Of a stretch of DNA of 61,005 nucleotides, positions 20,683-28,944 are shown in pieces; the stretch's first letter is position 1; every line of letters begins with the position of its first letter. The DNA is taken from positions 4,741 to 65,745 of the forward strand of contig CAYMUX010000002.1 in the NCBI GenBank assembly GCA_964393845.1, written 5' to 3'. The notes below the pieces were generated by a model. The model made no database searches. It worked only from the letters and a program-made list of their open reading frames with translations, and had not been told where the DNA came from. This DNA comes from an uncultured Nitrospiraceae bacterium. GTDB taxonomy: Bacteria > Nitrospirota > Thermodesulfovibrionia > UBA6902. Made by a program: the position numbers and the translations under genes.

Positions 20683-20742
20683 TATTAATAGAAACAGTAA
20701 ATTCATATTGCCGGGTGATGAGCCGGGAAAAATACGATATAA

Positions 20743-20771
20743 TTTACACACACTGGAAACTATGTTAAAAT
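20743..20771 (+). promoter_or_regulatory. Sigma70-type promoter of the ccsA-hemA-hemC operon
   Basis: TTTACA-17-TAAAAT with a TG extension. Confidence 0.6.
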
Positions 20772-20801
20772 GCATTTCTTATTGTTTAAGGAGTCTATAA
20801 T

Positions 20802-21629
20802 TTGCAGATGGAAATAAACGTTCTTCTATTTGAGCTGGCGCTTACCTTTTATTTCATTGCAACAATTGCAGGTATCGCAGAGATTTTCCGGGGTAAAAAA
20901 ACCGCTTCGAAATTGGCGCTTTATCTTGCGGTGACGGGCTTTCTTTTTCATACCGCAAATATTATTGTCAGGTACGTTGAAGGCGGACATATCCCTGTCA
21001 CAAACATGCATGAGGCAACTTCATTCTTTTCCTGGTGCGTGCTGATATTGTTTTTTTTCCATGAATTCCGTTATAAACTCGGTCTGTTAAGCTCGTTTAT
21101 TATGCCGATAGTTTTTATCCTCATGCTCTCGTCCTCTATCTTCCCCAGGGAAATAAAGGCCTTAAGCCCTGTTCTCCAAAGCTACTGGTTCGGGATTCAT
21201 GTTATTTTAGCCTTTTTGGGCGATGCAGCTTTTGCTATGGCATGTGGGATAGGAATAATGTATCTCATGCAGGAACGCTATGTAAAATCAAAGCGCCTGG
21301 GGGGTCTGTTCCAAAAGCTGCCGAGCCTTCAGGTCCTTGACGAGATTAATTACCATCTCATTACTCTCGGTTTTCCTCTATTGACCTTTGCCATGATAAC
21401 CGGCGTAATATGGGCAAACTCTGCCTGGGGAACTTACTGGAGATGGGACCCCAAAGAGGTGTGGTCACTTATAACATGGCTTATTTATGCGCTTGTACTT
21501 CATCTCAGACTTACGGTCGGATGGCGCGGTAAAAAGGCTGCTATTCTCTCAATCGTCGGCTTTGCGATAATAATATTCGCCTTTTTTGGTGTTACTCTGA
21601 TCATGAAAGGACTTCATGTATTTATGTAG
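20802..21629 (+). CDS. ccsA: Cytochrome c biogenesis protein, System II (CcsA/ResC family)
   Basis: WWD motif GVIWANSAWGTYWRWDPKEVW, conserved His in WFGIH and LVLH; polytopic. Confidence 0.92.
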   Translation: MQMEINVLLFELALTFYFIATIAGIAEIFRGKKTASKLALYLAVTGFLFHTANIIVRYVEGGHIPVTNMHEATSFFSWCVLILFFFHEFRYKLGLLSSFIMPIVFILMLSSSIFPREIKALSPVLQSYWFGIHVILAFLGDAAFAMACGIGIMYLMQERYVKSKRLGGLFQKLPSLQVLDEINYHLITLGFPLLTFAMITGVIWANSAWGTYWRWDPKEVWSLITWLIYALVLHLRLTVGWRGKKAAILSIVGFAIIIFAFFGVTLIMKGLHVFM

Positions 21630-21631
21630 AA

Positions 21632-21709
21632 GGGGCCAAGGATTCGAGGAGCCCTGGGTTCCAGGGACAAGATAATTCCATCACTCGACCCCTTGAAACC
21701 TTGAACCCT
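21632..21709. repeat. Inverted arrays of degenerate 8-mers (GGRTTCRA / TYGAACCC type)
   Basis: ggggccaa ggattcga ggagccct gggttcca .. tcgacccc ttgaaacc ttgaaccc, between ccsA and hemA. Confidence 0.6.
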
Positions 21710-21722
21710 TACTTTATTTATT

Positions 21723-23006
21723 ATGAACATTCTAGTTGTCGGCCTTAATCATAAAACAGCGCCTATAGAGGTAAGAGAAAAAATAGCCTTTGACGGGCCA
21801 AAACTCGATCAGGCCGTAAACATCCTGAAAACATCTGATGTGATAAAAGAAAACATAATATTATCAACCTGCAATAGAGTTGAGATATACGCAGGGGTTA
21901 ATGAAGTCAATGCAGGGATCAAAGGCATTAAAGATTTTATCTCTGATTTTCATAAGGTGCCCAAAGACCTCCTGGATAAATCACTTTACATACATAAAGG
22001 GCAGGAGGCAATAAGGCACATGTACAGAGTTGCATCGAGCCTTGACTCGATGGTTGTCGGAGAGCCGCAGATACTCGGCCAGTTAAAAGATGCCTTTGAC
22101 TCGGCCCTGAAAAACAGGACTACGGGGGTTTACCTGAACAGACTGATGAGAAAATCAGTCTCCGTAGCCAAACGCATCAGGACAGAGACAAAGATCGCTG
22201 AAAGCGCTGTCAGCATTAGTTTTGCTGCCGTTGAACTGGCAAAGAAAATATTCGATGACCTTGCGACAAAATCTGTTATGCTTATCGGCGCCGGTGAAAT
22301 GGCGGAACTTGCAGCCAGGCATCTGATAAACAACGGCGTAAAAAACGTCTATGTAACAAACCGCACGACAGCGAGGGCGGAGGAGCTTGCACAGGAGTTT
22401 CACGGGAAGGTTATACTATTTGACAATTTTGTTCATGAATTATTTTATACAGATATTGTAATCTGCTCCACCGGGGCCCCCAACTACATATTAATGAAAG
22501 ATCATGTTCATAAGACAATGAAAGACAGAAAGCAAAAACCCATGTTCATAATCGACATATCAGTGCCAAGAAATATTGACCCTGAAATAAATGATCTGGA
22601 CAATGTATACCTGTACGATGTCGATAACCTCCAGGGGATTATCGACACAAATATTCAGGAAAGGGGCAAAGAGGCTGAAAAGGCCGAGCAGATCGTTGAT
22701 GAAGAGATCGGCTCTTTCCTGAAATGGACCGAATCCCTGACTGCAACACCGACCATCGTTGCGCTTCGGAACATGGCCGAGAAAATAAGAAAGACCGAGC
22801 TTGAAAAAACACTCAGTAAAATGGGCCCGATGGAAGAAAATAAAATAAAAGCGATAGAGCAGCTCACTGCCACTATTGTTAATAAACTCATCCATCCTCC
22901 AACTGCGGCGCTGAAGTCCGGGGAAGAGAATAAAGAAGAAATGCTGGATATAGTCCAAAAACTATTTAATTTAGAGATAGAGAGTGACAATAATGATAAA
23001 ACGTAA
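21723..23006 (+). CDS. hemA: Glutamyl-tRNA reductase
   Basis: GLNHKTAP, STCNRVE, SLDSMVVGEPQILGQ, IGAGEM, DISVPRNID. Confidence 0.97.
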   Translation: MNILVVGLNHKTAPIEVREKIAFDGPKLDQAVNILKTSDVIKENIILSTCNRVEIYAGVNEVNAGIKGIKDFISDFHKVPKDLLDKSLYIHKGQEAIRHMYRVASSLDSMVVGEPQILGQLKDAFDSALKNRTTGVYLNRLMRKSVSVAKRIRTETKIAESAVSISFAAVELAKKIFDDLATKSVMLIGAGEMAELAARHLINNGVKNVYVTNRTTARAEELAQEFHGKVILFDNFVHELFYTDIVICSTGAPNYILMKDHVHKTMKDRKQKPMFIIDISVPRNIDPEINDLDNVYLYDVDNLQGIIDTNIQERGKEAEKAEQIVDEEIGSFLKWTESLTATPTIVALRNMAEKIRKTELEKTLSKMGPMEENKIKAIEQLTATIVNKLIHPPTAALKSGEENKEEMLDIVQKLFNLEIESDNNDKT

Positions 23007-23958
23007 AATAGTTATCGCAACAAGGGGAAGCAAACTCGCTCTTTGGCAGGCCGGGTGGATCAAGTCCCTGCTCCTGGAAATAAATCCTGATTTTGATATT
23101 GAGCTGAACAAGATAAAAACGACGGGAGACAAGATTCTCGACGTCCCGCTTGCCCAGGTCGGCGGGAAAGGGCTTTTTGTAAAAGAAATTGAAGAAGCGA
23201 TGCTCAGGGGAGAGGCAGACCTGGCTGTTCACAGTATGAAGGACGTCCCGACTGATCTGCCCAAGGGCCTTCATCTTTCCGCAATCACGAAACGGGAAGA
23301 CCCACGGGATGCATTAATTGCAGGGAAGGGCATAAAGAGTTTTAATGATCTGCCCAGGGGAGCGAATATCGGTACAAGCAGCCTTAGAAGAATTTGCCAG
23401 CTGTTAAACCTGCGTCCTGACCTTAAGATCACACAGCTCAGGGGCAACGTCGATACAAGGCTCAGGAAGGTCGCCGAAGGTGAATTCGACGCCATCATCC
23501 TTGCCACAGCCGGCGTAAAGAGGCTCGGCTTTGCAGACAGGATTACGGAAAGACTGCCGGTTGACGTGAGTCTTCCTGCCATTGGACAGGGGGCGGTCGG
23601 AATAGAGTGCAGGGTGGATGATGTGTTTATAAATGACTTGCTGAAAAAATTGAATCATGAAGAGACATCTGTCTGCGTTAGGGCTGAACGGGCATTCCTG
23701 AAAAGGCTTGAAGGCGGCTGTCAGGTTCCTATTGCTGCTTACGCAAAATTAATAAATCCCAAATTATGTAAGGGCGTATTGCCATACGCCCCTACACTCA
23801 TGTTAGAAGGACTCGTCGGCAGTTTGGATGGCAAGACTTTAATTAAGGCCGGAATTGAAGGAAAGCCTGAAGAAGCCGAATCCCTCGGCGCTACTCTTGC
23901 GGAAAAACTTCTCTCTAAAGGCGCTAAAGAAATACTTGATGAGGTTTACGGACAATAA
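22993..23958 (+). CDS. hemC: Hydroxymethylbilane synthase
   Basis: ATRGSKLALWQ, GKGLFVKE, AVHSMKDVP, GTSSLRR, LEGGCQVPI; GTG 22984 is an alternative start. Confidence 0.97.
   Translation: MIKRKIVIATRGSKLALWQAGWIKSLLLEINPDFDIELNKIKTTGDKILDVPLAQVGGKGLFVKEIEEAMLRGEADLAVHSMKDVPTDLPKGLHLSAITKREDPRDALIAGKGIKSFNDLPRGANIGTSSLRRICQLLNLRPDLKITQLRGNVDTRLRKVAEGEFDAIILATAGVKRLGFADRITERLPVDVSLPAIGQGAVGIECRVDDVFINDLLKKLNHEETSVCVRAERAFLKRLEGGCQVPIAAYAKLINPKLCKGVLPYAPTLMLEGLVGSLDGKTLIKAGIEGKPEEAESLGATLAEKLLSKGAKEILDEVYGQ
23768..23795. repeat. GTAG-type REP-like palindrome, in-frame in hemC
   Basis: GTAAGGGCGTATTGCCATACGCCCCTAC (28 bp), read as CKGVLPYAPT, the same frame as the 3118 copy. Confidence 0.85.
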
Positions 23959-24002
23959 ATACGCATCTTGCCCTTTAACCAACCATTGAGCTATATTATC
24001 CT

Positions 24003-24674
24003 ATGCTTAAAATAATGCGGAGCCATAAATTCTTCACGGTATTCGTACTCGGTGCAATCACCATAATGATCTCTGTTGCCTTCATATTCTGGGGTATTGG
24101 ACCAAAAGATAATATTCAGAAGGCATATTTAGCCCAGATTGATGATGAGCGAATAACCATCGATCAATATTGGAGGGCATATGATAATGAATTCAAACGT
24201 CTCAAGGAACAAAATAAGAGCCCCGAAGACATCGAAAAGCTTAACCTTAAAGACAGGGTTATTGCCTCGTTAGTCAACAGGACGGTATTACTCAATGCTG
24301 CACGGAAAGCCGGAATAATAGTAACGGAAAATGAGCTTCAGGAAGCTATAATTAATACTCAATATTTCCAGAGAAACGGCGTCTTTGACATGGAAATATA
24401 CCAGAGGGCATTGAGATTTAACCGTCTCACACCCCAGACATTTGAAGATAGTGTAAGAAACGACATATTTATTTCCAAAATATCCAATTTAATCGGGGAA
24501 ACAGCAGAGCTCACATCAGAAGAGTTAACAATTCTCAATTCAATGAATGCAGCAAACAATGATCAGCTGCGGGCCATCTTTCGGTCTTCAAAGAGCAATC
24601 AGGCAATATTGGCTTATGTTGAAAGTTTCAAACGCCGGATGGTTATTAAGATTAACAGAGATCAAATATCCTGA
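24003..24674 (+). CDS. SurA N-terminal-domain periplasmic chaperone (PpiD-like, no rotamase domain)
   Basis: N-terminal TM ending FIFWGIG; YFQRNGVFDMEIYQRAL motif. Confidence 0.8.
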   Translation: MLKIMRSHKFFTVFVLGAITIMISVAFIFWGIGPKDNIQKAYLAQIDDERITIDQYWRAYDNEFKRLKEQNKSPEDIEKLNLKDRVIASLVNRTVLLNAARKAGIIVTENELQEAIINTQYFQRNGVFDMEIYQRALRFNRLTPQTFEDSVRNDIFISKISNLIGETAELTSEELTILNSMNAANNDQLRAIFRSSKSNQAILAYVESFKRRMVIKINRDQIS

Positions 24675-25078
24675 CGTCCCTGATCGGATATTCCCTTGAC
24701 CCTATCTTCCATAGCTTCTTTGACACCACTGATGATATCACTTATTTCAAATGGCTTGTTCACACACCTGTAGACATCGTATTCAGATATATCATCCATA
24801 ACTGTTTCAGAAAAATAAGCTGATATTACAATGACCGGTGTGTCTTTAATTAATCGCCTGATCTTTTTAATAAGCTCCACACCATTGACACCCGGGAGCT
24901 TCAAATCAGTGATGATAATATCATATTTGTTTTCAACGATATTCCTGAGAGCATCATCACCTGTATATGCGCAATTGACAGAGTATTCTACGTTCTGTTC
25001 AAAAGACTTTTTCAGAGACCAGCAAATAAGCTCCTCGTCATCGACTATCAATATTCTTGTCTTTTTATCTGAGTTCAA
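24662..25078 (-). CDS. Single-domain response regulator (receiver only)
   Basis: ILIVDDEE, ITDLKLP, VISAY, NKPF. Confidence 0.9.
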   Translation of the reverse strand: MNSDKKTRILIVDDEELICWSLKKSFEQNVEYSVNCAYTGDDALRNIVENKYDIIITDLKLPGVNGVELIKKIRRLIKDTPVIVISAYFSETVMDDISEYDVYRCVNKPFEISDIISGVKEAMEDRVKGISDQGRQDI

Positions 25079-25125
25079 TTTTCCCCGGTTATGCTTATCA
25101 TTATAGGAAATATACCTTATAAGTA

Positions 25126-25141
25126 AGCAAATTTGATACCA
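25126..25141 (-). promoter_or_regulatory. Sigma54 promoter of the receiver gene
   Basis: TGGTATCAAATTTGCT (GG-N10-GC); TGTG..CACA-like enhancer candidates at 25193-25229. Confidence 0.6.
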
Positions 25142-25399
25142 TCGATAATTGCAGGTTTTTTGACACTAAATCTTCCTTTCTCATTGCGCTCTTGTGGCAT
25201 TTTGCCTATTATATGCGGGATTTCACACAAGCTAAATTCCTTTTTTCCTCTTTGAATGAAATTTATGGTCTTCTGAATTCGCCTACTTGTTGGGATAAAT
25301 ATTTTATGCTAAACTATGATACTTTATCATTCGATGCCGATTTTATAATTCAGAATAATTTTGTAAAAGCTATATGGTTAAAAAATAATTATCGATAAT

Positions 25400-26293
25400 A
25401 TGAAAAAATTGATAATTACAATTTTAGTGATAATTCTTCTGCCAATCCTGGTATCTGCGCAAGAAAAGACTAACAATGCAAATAGTATATCTGAAGATAC
25501 TGATATACATTATACCGGAAAGTACTGTGAGGCATGCCATGAAATAACTCCTAAGAAAGGCGGAGAGAAATTCTTAAAATTCGGTGGTGATTTTGGTCAG
25601 CTATGTAAGTGCCATGGATATACGCCCGGCACATATATACATCCCGTAGGTATAGTCCCTTCTGAAGAAAAAAAAGCGGCCATTCCCAAAGATTTTCCAT
25701 TAGAGGACGGCAAGCTCTCTTGTATCACTTGCCACGATATTTATTTGCAGTGCCAGATAAATCCGCAATTCAAAGTCCTTAACAGGCGATTTTTGAGAGG
25801 AGCGCCGTATGTAAGCCGCACGACTCTCTGCTTTAGGTGCCATGATGAAAAAAAATACACCATGCTTGACCCCCATAACCAGTTAACTGAAACAGGAGCT
25901 GTCATTATAGATAAATGCCTGTACTGTCACAAAGAAAAACCTGATGAAAAAACTGCAACTTTTAAAGAAGTACATCTAATCGGCAATCTTGAAGTGCTGT
26001 GTTTCAGATGTCATTACAAACAAAGCCAGTTTCACCCTATAAATGCTAACCACCTGGTTACACCTAACCCTACGATTGTAGAAAATATGAAGTCTACGGA
26101 GAATAAATTCGGCATAATACTTCCCCTAAATTATGAGGGAAAGATTACCTGTCCTACCTGTCATAATCCTCACGAAAGGGGCGTAATTCCGAGGGACAGA
26201 GCAAGCGCAAAAGGCGCAAGCGAAAAGTACAGGCTTAGATTGTCAGAAGTAAATCTCCAAATTTGCGTCGCCTGCCATAAAGACAAGTTCTAA
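25400..26293 (+). CDS. Periplasmic multiheme cytochrome c (7 CxxCH plus 1 contracted CKCH)
   Basis: Signal peptide; CEACH, CKCH, CITCH, CFRCH, CLYCH, CFRCH, CPTCH, CVACH. Confidence 0.92.
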   Translation: MKKLIITILVIILLPILVSAQEKTNNANSISEDTDIHYTGKYCEACHEITPKKGGEKFLKFGGDFGQLCKCHGYTPGTYIHPVGIVPSEEKKAAIPKDFPLEDGKLSCITCHDIYLQCQINPQFKVLNRRFLRGAPYVSRTTLCFRCHDEKKYTMLDPHNQLTETGAVIIDKCLYCHKEKPDEKTATFKEVHLIGNLEVLCFRCHYKQSQFHPINANHLVTPNPTIVENMKSTENKFGIILPLNYEGKITCPTCHNPHERGVIPRDRASAKGASEKYRLRLSEVNLQICVACHKDKF

Positions 26294-27720
26294 AAGGTGC
26301 GCCTGGTTGTTGGCGAGTAATCCGCATTGGTAACCGAAGAGCCGTGATAATGGCAGTCCGTGCAAACTTTCTTGTTCCAACTAGAGGTACACCCCGTACC
26401 GCCCCCGCTACTATGACATGTCCCGCACATATTAGGGGTATACGGGCGATCAGTATTACAGCCCTGATTTGAGTGGTGCGTTATGTAGTAGTGGTCTGCC
26501 TGGCAGCCCCCGTCGATCTCCAGGTCATCGTTATGGCATTTGTCACAAAGATATTGCCAGTTCGTAGTTGAAAAAGCGCCGATACTTCCGGCAAGCGCGC
26601 CACCGTTTACCTCTTCTCTTGTCAAAAATACATTCGGTGAGCCATGCGGTTCATGGCAGTCAGTACATGACAGCACCTTGCCCAAACCTGATGCGCCGGA
26701 TGGATAAGGGGCATCCCCGCATAGGCTTACATCGGCATTCCCTTTTCCGTGCTTCTCATTATTCCAGTCAATGGTCCTCAAATTTCTTCCGAGTGTGGTG
26801 CTGTAGATTGTGTTTGTTGTATTATGGCAGTCTGTGCAAAAGGTAACATAATCCGTTAAGTTGGACCCATCCTGTGTAGCTGAACCATCCGGCTCATAAA
26901 TAACCGTTGAATTATATCGATACGGGGACTGGTAACTGAGGGTATAATTATTCATTCGCTCCGCGGCAACATCACCCCAAAGTCCCCACGCATTATTATC
27001 TTTGCTGTTATGCAGACTTGGAAGAGAAACAGGCCAGCCTCTGCTTCCCGATGTATGAGGGTCCCTTTGCGCGCTGTGTGGATTATGGCATGCTGCACAC
27101 GGGTTTGAATCGGCTGTAAATCCCCATTTTCCGGTAATAAATGTTTTGATATCCGTCAGCTTATGAGATGAACCGACTGTAGAGCTGCAGTTTGAGACCG
27201 GACTGCCTGTCTCATTTATAAAGGAGAACGCCGAAAGGATACTGACGGGGCATGTGATAGCAGTATCCCCGCCGGCCTTGTAACTATAGTTATAGTTATT
27301 AAAAGCCGTGGCCTGATGTGAACCGGCGCTTGTATGGCATTGAAAACAAAAGTCGTCAGTCTGGCTGACATAATTATCATAAAATAACGTATAGTTCTCA
27401 GGCCCCGGTACCGGCGCAGGCTCAGTGCCATCAATGCTATTGTGCTGTTCATGACAATGGCCGCAGAGGCCTTTAGTATAATTAGGATCACTTGCGGGAG
27501 GATTATAATCAGCAGCGCTTCTTTTGACTCCATATGAAGAACTGCCGTGAGCGGAATTCAGATAAGGCCCGGCATCTACCGATTTAACATAAAAGACTGC
27601 AAACAAGGCAAGAAAAACTAATGCCTGCAATAATATCCTTAAGTTATCAGATGCTTTTAAGTTCACTGTTTTCATTATAGTTACCACGTTATTTCGCCTT
27701 CTTGTCTTCACTGGTCCCAT
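26290..27720 (-). CDS. Exported octaheme cytochrome c, Ser/Thr/Asn/Gly-rich
   Basis: 8 CxxCH motifs plus 6 other Cys; signal ends VDA-GPY; ATG 27675 is an alternative start. Confidence 0.92.
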   Translation of the reverse strand: MGPVKTRRRNNVVTIMKTVNLKASDNLRILLQALVFLALFAVFYVKSVDAGPYLNSAHGSSSYGVKRSAADYNPPASDPNYTKGLCGHCHEQHNSIDGTEPAPVPGPENYTLFYDNYVSQTDDFCFQCHTSAGSHQATAFNNYNYSYKAGGDTAITCPVSILSAFSFINETGSPVSNCSSTVGSSHKLTDIKTFITGKWGFTADSNPCAACHNPHSAQRDPHTSGSRGWPVSLPSLHNSKDNNAWGLWGDVAAERMNNYTLSYQSPYRYNSTVIYEPDGSATQDGSNLTDYVTFCTDCHNTTNTIYSTTLGRNLRTIDWNNEKHGKGNADVSLCGDAPYPSGASGLGKVLSCTDCHEPHGSPNVFLTREEVNGGALAGSIGAFSTTNWQYLCDKCHNDDLEIDGGCQADHYYITHHSNQGCNTDRPYTPNMCGTCHSSGGGTGCTSSWNKKVCTDCHYHGSSVTNADYSPTTRRTF

Positions 27721-27723
27721 TAC

Positions 27724-28821
27724 CTAATTTCTTGATGTATGACATACATTACACCCCGACAATGCAGTTGACAGAGTAGCGCTCTTATAGTCCCACCGCA
27801 GCATATCAGCGTAGTTAGTAGCATGTGCGGAATGACAGGACAAACACATTACAATTGCGCCTGTATCACCTGCCCCGCCTGGAACTACTGTGGCGCTGCT
27901 TAAAGCTGGAACCGTAGGCCTTGCAACAGGCGCCGTTGTGCTGTAACTTGTATATGCTGCATATTCACCGCTTCCAGGCAGGTTCATATCAGTCGGATGC
28001 CTGGTAAATGGAGAACTTGTGCCGCCTATCGAGTCTGTAACATGAAACAGTCTATGGCATGTTCCGCAGAACCCGCTAATCGTCTTATTTGAAGGCCGAA
28101 CTCCCTCAGGCAAATGGCAGATACTACAGCTGCCGCTATAAGTCATGGGAGTAGTGGCCCCAAAATACTCATTATGATCCGAGGCGCTTTTAGTTTTTTC
28201 CCAGTCCGAATCTTCCAGTCCCTTAACGTAATCAAGGAATCTGTAACTGTTATAAACCTGATCTGCTGTATTAAGCGGTCCATCAACATTCTTATGGTGA
28301 GACCCTTTTATCCCTCCTCCGGATTTACGGACCCCGTGACAACCCGCTATCCCGGCACAGGTAATATTTATTCCAATACTATTAGGATCATGATGACCGG
28401 GCGGCGAGGTAAGCGTATTCTCGAGGTTACCAAAATCAATAACATTATGTCCTTTGGCATCGGACCCGGCTCCACCCTTGCCTCCACCAACTACATAGAT
28501 AAAATTGCCGCCTGCCAAATCACCTGATACATCATTGTGGTAAACTTGCGGCGTATTATTGCCGTTTATTGATGCAATCATGGCCGAACCGCCCCCGGCA
28601 TGGCATCCTAAACAGGTGCCGCGAAGGAGGTACTCTTTAGACGTTGATGTTTCCGAACCATATAAGTACGACACCATGGCAGCCCCATTCTGGCTGTTAT
28701 GCATGGTGTGGCAATCGCTGCAATGTCCGGTTATCACGGCTGGAACTTTAACTGAAAAGACGAATACTAACAGGATAATTACTGGAAGGGATATAAATTT
28801 TATCAGTTTTATCCTTATCAA
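27724..28821 (-). CDS. OmcS-like extracellular multiheme cytochrome (6 CxxCH plus CX5CH)
   Basis: CHTMHNS, GGNF, KGHNV, YRFL, RHP, CLSCHSAHA..MLRW and terminal CNVCH match the OmcS motif order. Start placed at TTG after AAGGAG; the track start is GTG 28857. Confidence 0.85.
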   Translation of the reverse strand: MIRIKLIKFISLPVIILLVFVFSVKVPAVITGHCSDCHTMHNSQNGAAMVSYLYGSETSTSKEYLLRGTCLGCHAGGGSAMIASINGNNTPQVYHNDVSGDLAGGNFIYVVGGGKGGAGSDAKGHNVIDFGNLENTLTSPPGHHDPNSIGINITCAGIAGCHGVRKSGGGIKGSHHKNVDGPLNTADQVYNSYRFLDYVKGLEDSDWEKTKSASDHNEYFGATTPMTYSGSCSICHLPEGVRPSNKTISGFCGTCHRLFHVTDSIGGTSSPFTRHPTDMNLPGSGEYAAYTSYSTTAPVARPTVPALSSATVVPGGAGDTGAIVMCLSCHSAHATNYADMLRWDYKSATLSTALSGCNVCHTSRN

Positions 28822-28868
28822 AATTGCGTATATCTCCTTTGATATTATAAATAGCACCTAATATATTA

Positions 28869-28885
28869 AGCAATAATGATGCCAA
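28869..28885 (-). promoter_or_regulatory. Sigma54 promoter of the OmcS-like gene
   Basis: TTGGCATCATTATTGCT, a near-consensus -24/-12 element. Confidence 0.75.
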
Positions 28886-28944
28886 GAACTTAAGCAGGAA
28901 TTAGTCAACATATTGACTGAGAATAATAAATTTACAGCCATATC

